This document shows, one piece after another, positions 63,105 through 64,000 of a stretch of DNA of 64,000 bases; the stretch's first letter is position 1; each line of letters starts with the position of its first letter. A program made the translations under genes and the position numbers. The stretch is taken from contig NC_083435.1 of assembly GCF_020745735.1 (NCBI RefSeq), positions 37,597,090 to 37,661,089 of the forward strand, written 5' to 3'. This DNA comes from Hemiscyllium ocellatum. Lineage: Eukaryota. The notes beneath the pieces are model-generated. The model saw only the letters and a list, made by a program, of their open reading frames with translations, did no database searches and was not told the DNA's origin.

Positions 63105-64000
63105 TAGAACATAGAACATTACAGCGCAGTACAGGCCCTTCAGCCCTCGATGTTGCACCAACCTGTCATACCAATCTGAAACTCCTCTATTCCATGTACG
63201 TCCCTATGCTTGTCCAATGACGACTTAAATGTACTTACAGTTGGCCAATCTACTACCAGTGCAGACAAAGCATTCCATACCTTTACTACTCTCTGAGTAA
63301 AGGAACTACCTCTGACATCTGTCCTATATCTATCACCCCTCAATTTAAAGCTATGCCCCCTTGTGCTCGCCATCACTATACTTGGAAATAGGTTCTCCCT
63401 GTCCACCCTATCTAACCCTCTGATTATCTTATATGTCTCTATTAAGTCACCTCTCAATCTTCTTCACTTCAACGAAAACAGCCCCAAGTCCCTCAGCCTT
63501 TCCTCATAAGACCTTCCCTCTATACCAGGCGACATCCTAGTAAATCTCCTCTGCACCCTTTCCAAAGCTTCCACATCCTTCTTATAATGCAGTGATCAGA
63601 ACTGTATACAATACTCCAAGTGCAGCCATACCAGAGTTTTGTACAGCTGTAGCATAACCTCATGGTTCCAAAACTCGATCCCTCTATTAATAAAAGCTAA
63701 AACACTGTATGCCTTCTTAACAACCCTGTCAACCTGGGTGACAACTTTCAAGGATCTGTGTACCTGGACACCGAGATCTCTCTGCTCATCTACACTACCA
63801 AGAATCTTACCATTAGCCCAGTACTTTGCATTCCGGTTACTCCGACCAAAGTGAATCACCTCACACTTGTCCGCATTAAACTCCATTTGCCACCTCTCAG
63901 CCCAGCTCTGCAGCTTATCTATGTCTCTCTGTAACCTACTACATCCTTCATCACTATCCACAACTCCACTAACCTTAGTGTCGTCTGCAAATTTACTAAC
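63105..64000 (-). mobile_element. CR1 LINE 3' portion, runs off window
   Basis: ORFs 63596-63961 and 63140-63457 (LQRDIDKLQSWAERWQMEFNADKC; RGDLIETYKII); tail agaacatagaacat. Confidence 0.93.

Overview
Eukaryotic, repeat-rich DNA from a cartilaginous fish, most likely a carpet/bamboo-type shark (inferred from HE1-like V-SINEs, CR1 LINEs and Penelope-like elements). Three host loci are visible, all on the + strand. (1) A decayed C2H2 zinc-finger pseudogene at ~0.96-2.0 kb. (2) Its apparently intact paralogue at 33544-34635, with 9 complete fingers and a probable CpG-island promoter and first exon at ~24.5-25.7 kb. (3) A non-classical MHC class I heavy-chain gene with leader (50747-50798), alpha1 (52994-53254), alpha2 (58076-58351) and alpha3 (58456-58734) exons, all joined by phase-1 GT-AG introns; no transmembrane exon is confidently seen. 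The class I protein has lost both alpha2 disulfide cysteines and most N-terminal peptide anchors, yet keeps T143/K146/W147 and the beta2m contacts. It lies ~520 bp downstream of a ~4.3-kb, 33-bp-unit minisatellite. The rest is nested retroelements (CR1, L1-Tx1, Rex1, RTE, Gypsy including a Gmr1-type remnant, V-SINEs, two Penelope clades). The Penelope termini carry more than a dozen minimal hammerhead-ribozyme motifs, three with an intact core, including a perfect 94-bp-arm fold-back flanked by a 15-bp target-site duplication. All alignments and counts were done by eye, and repeat boundaries are approximate unless a TSD is quoted.
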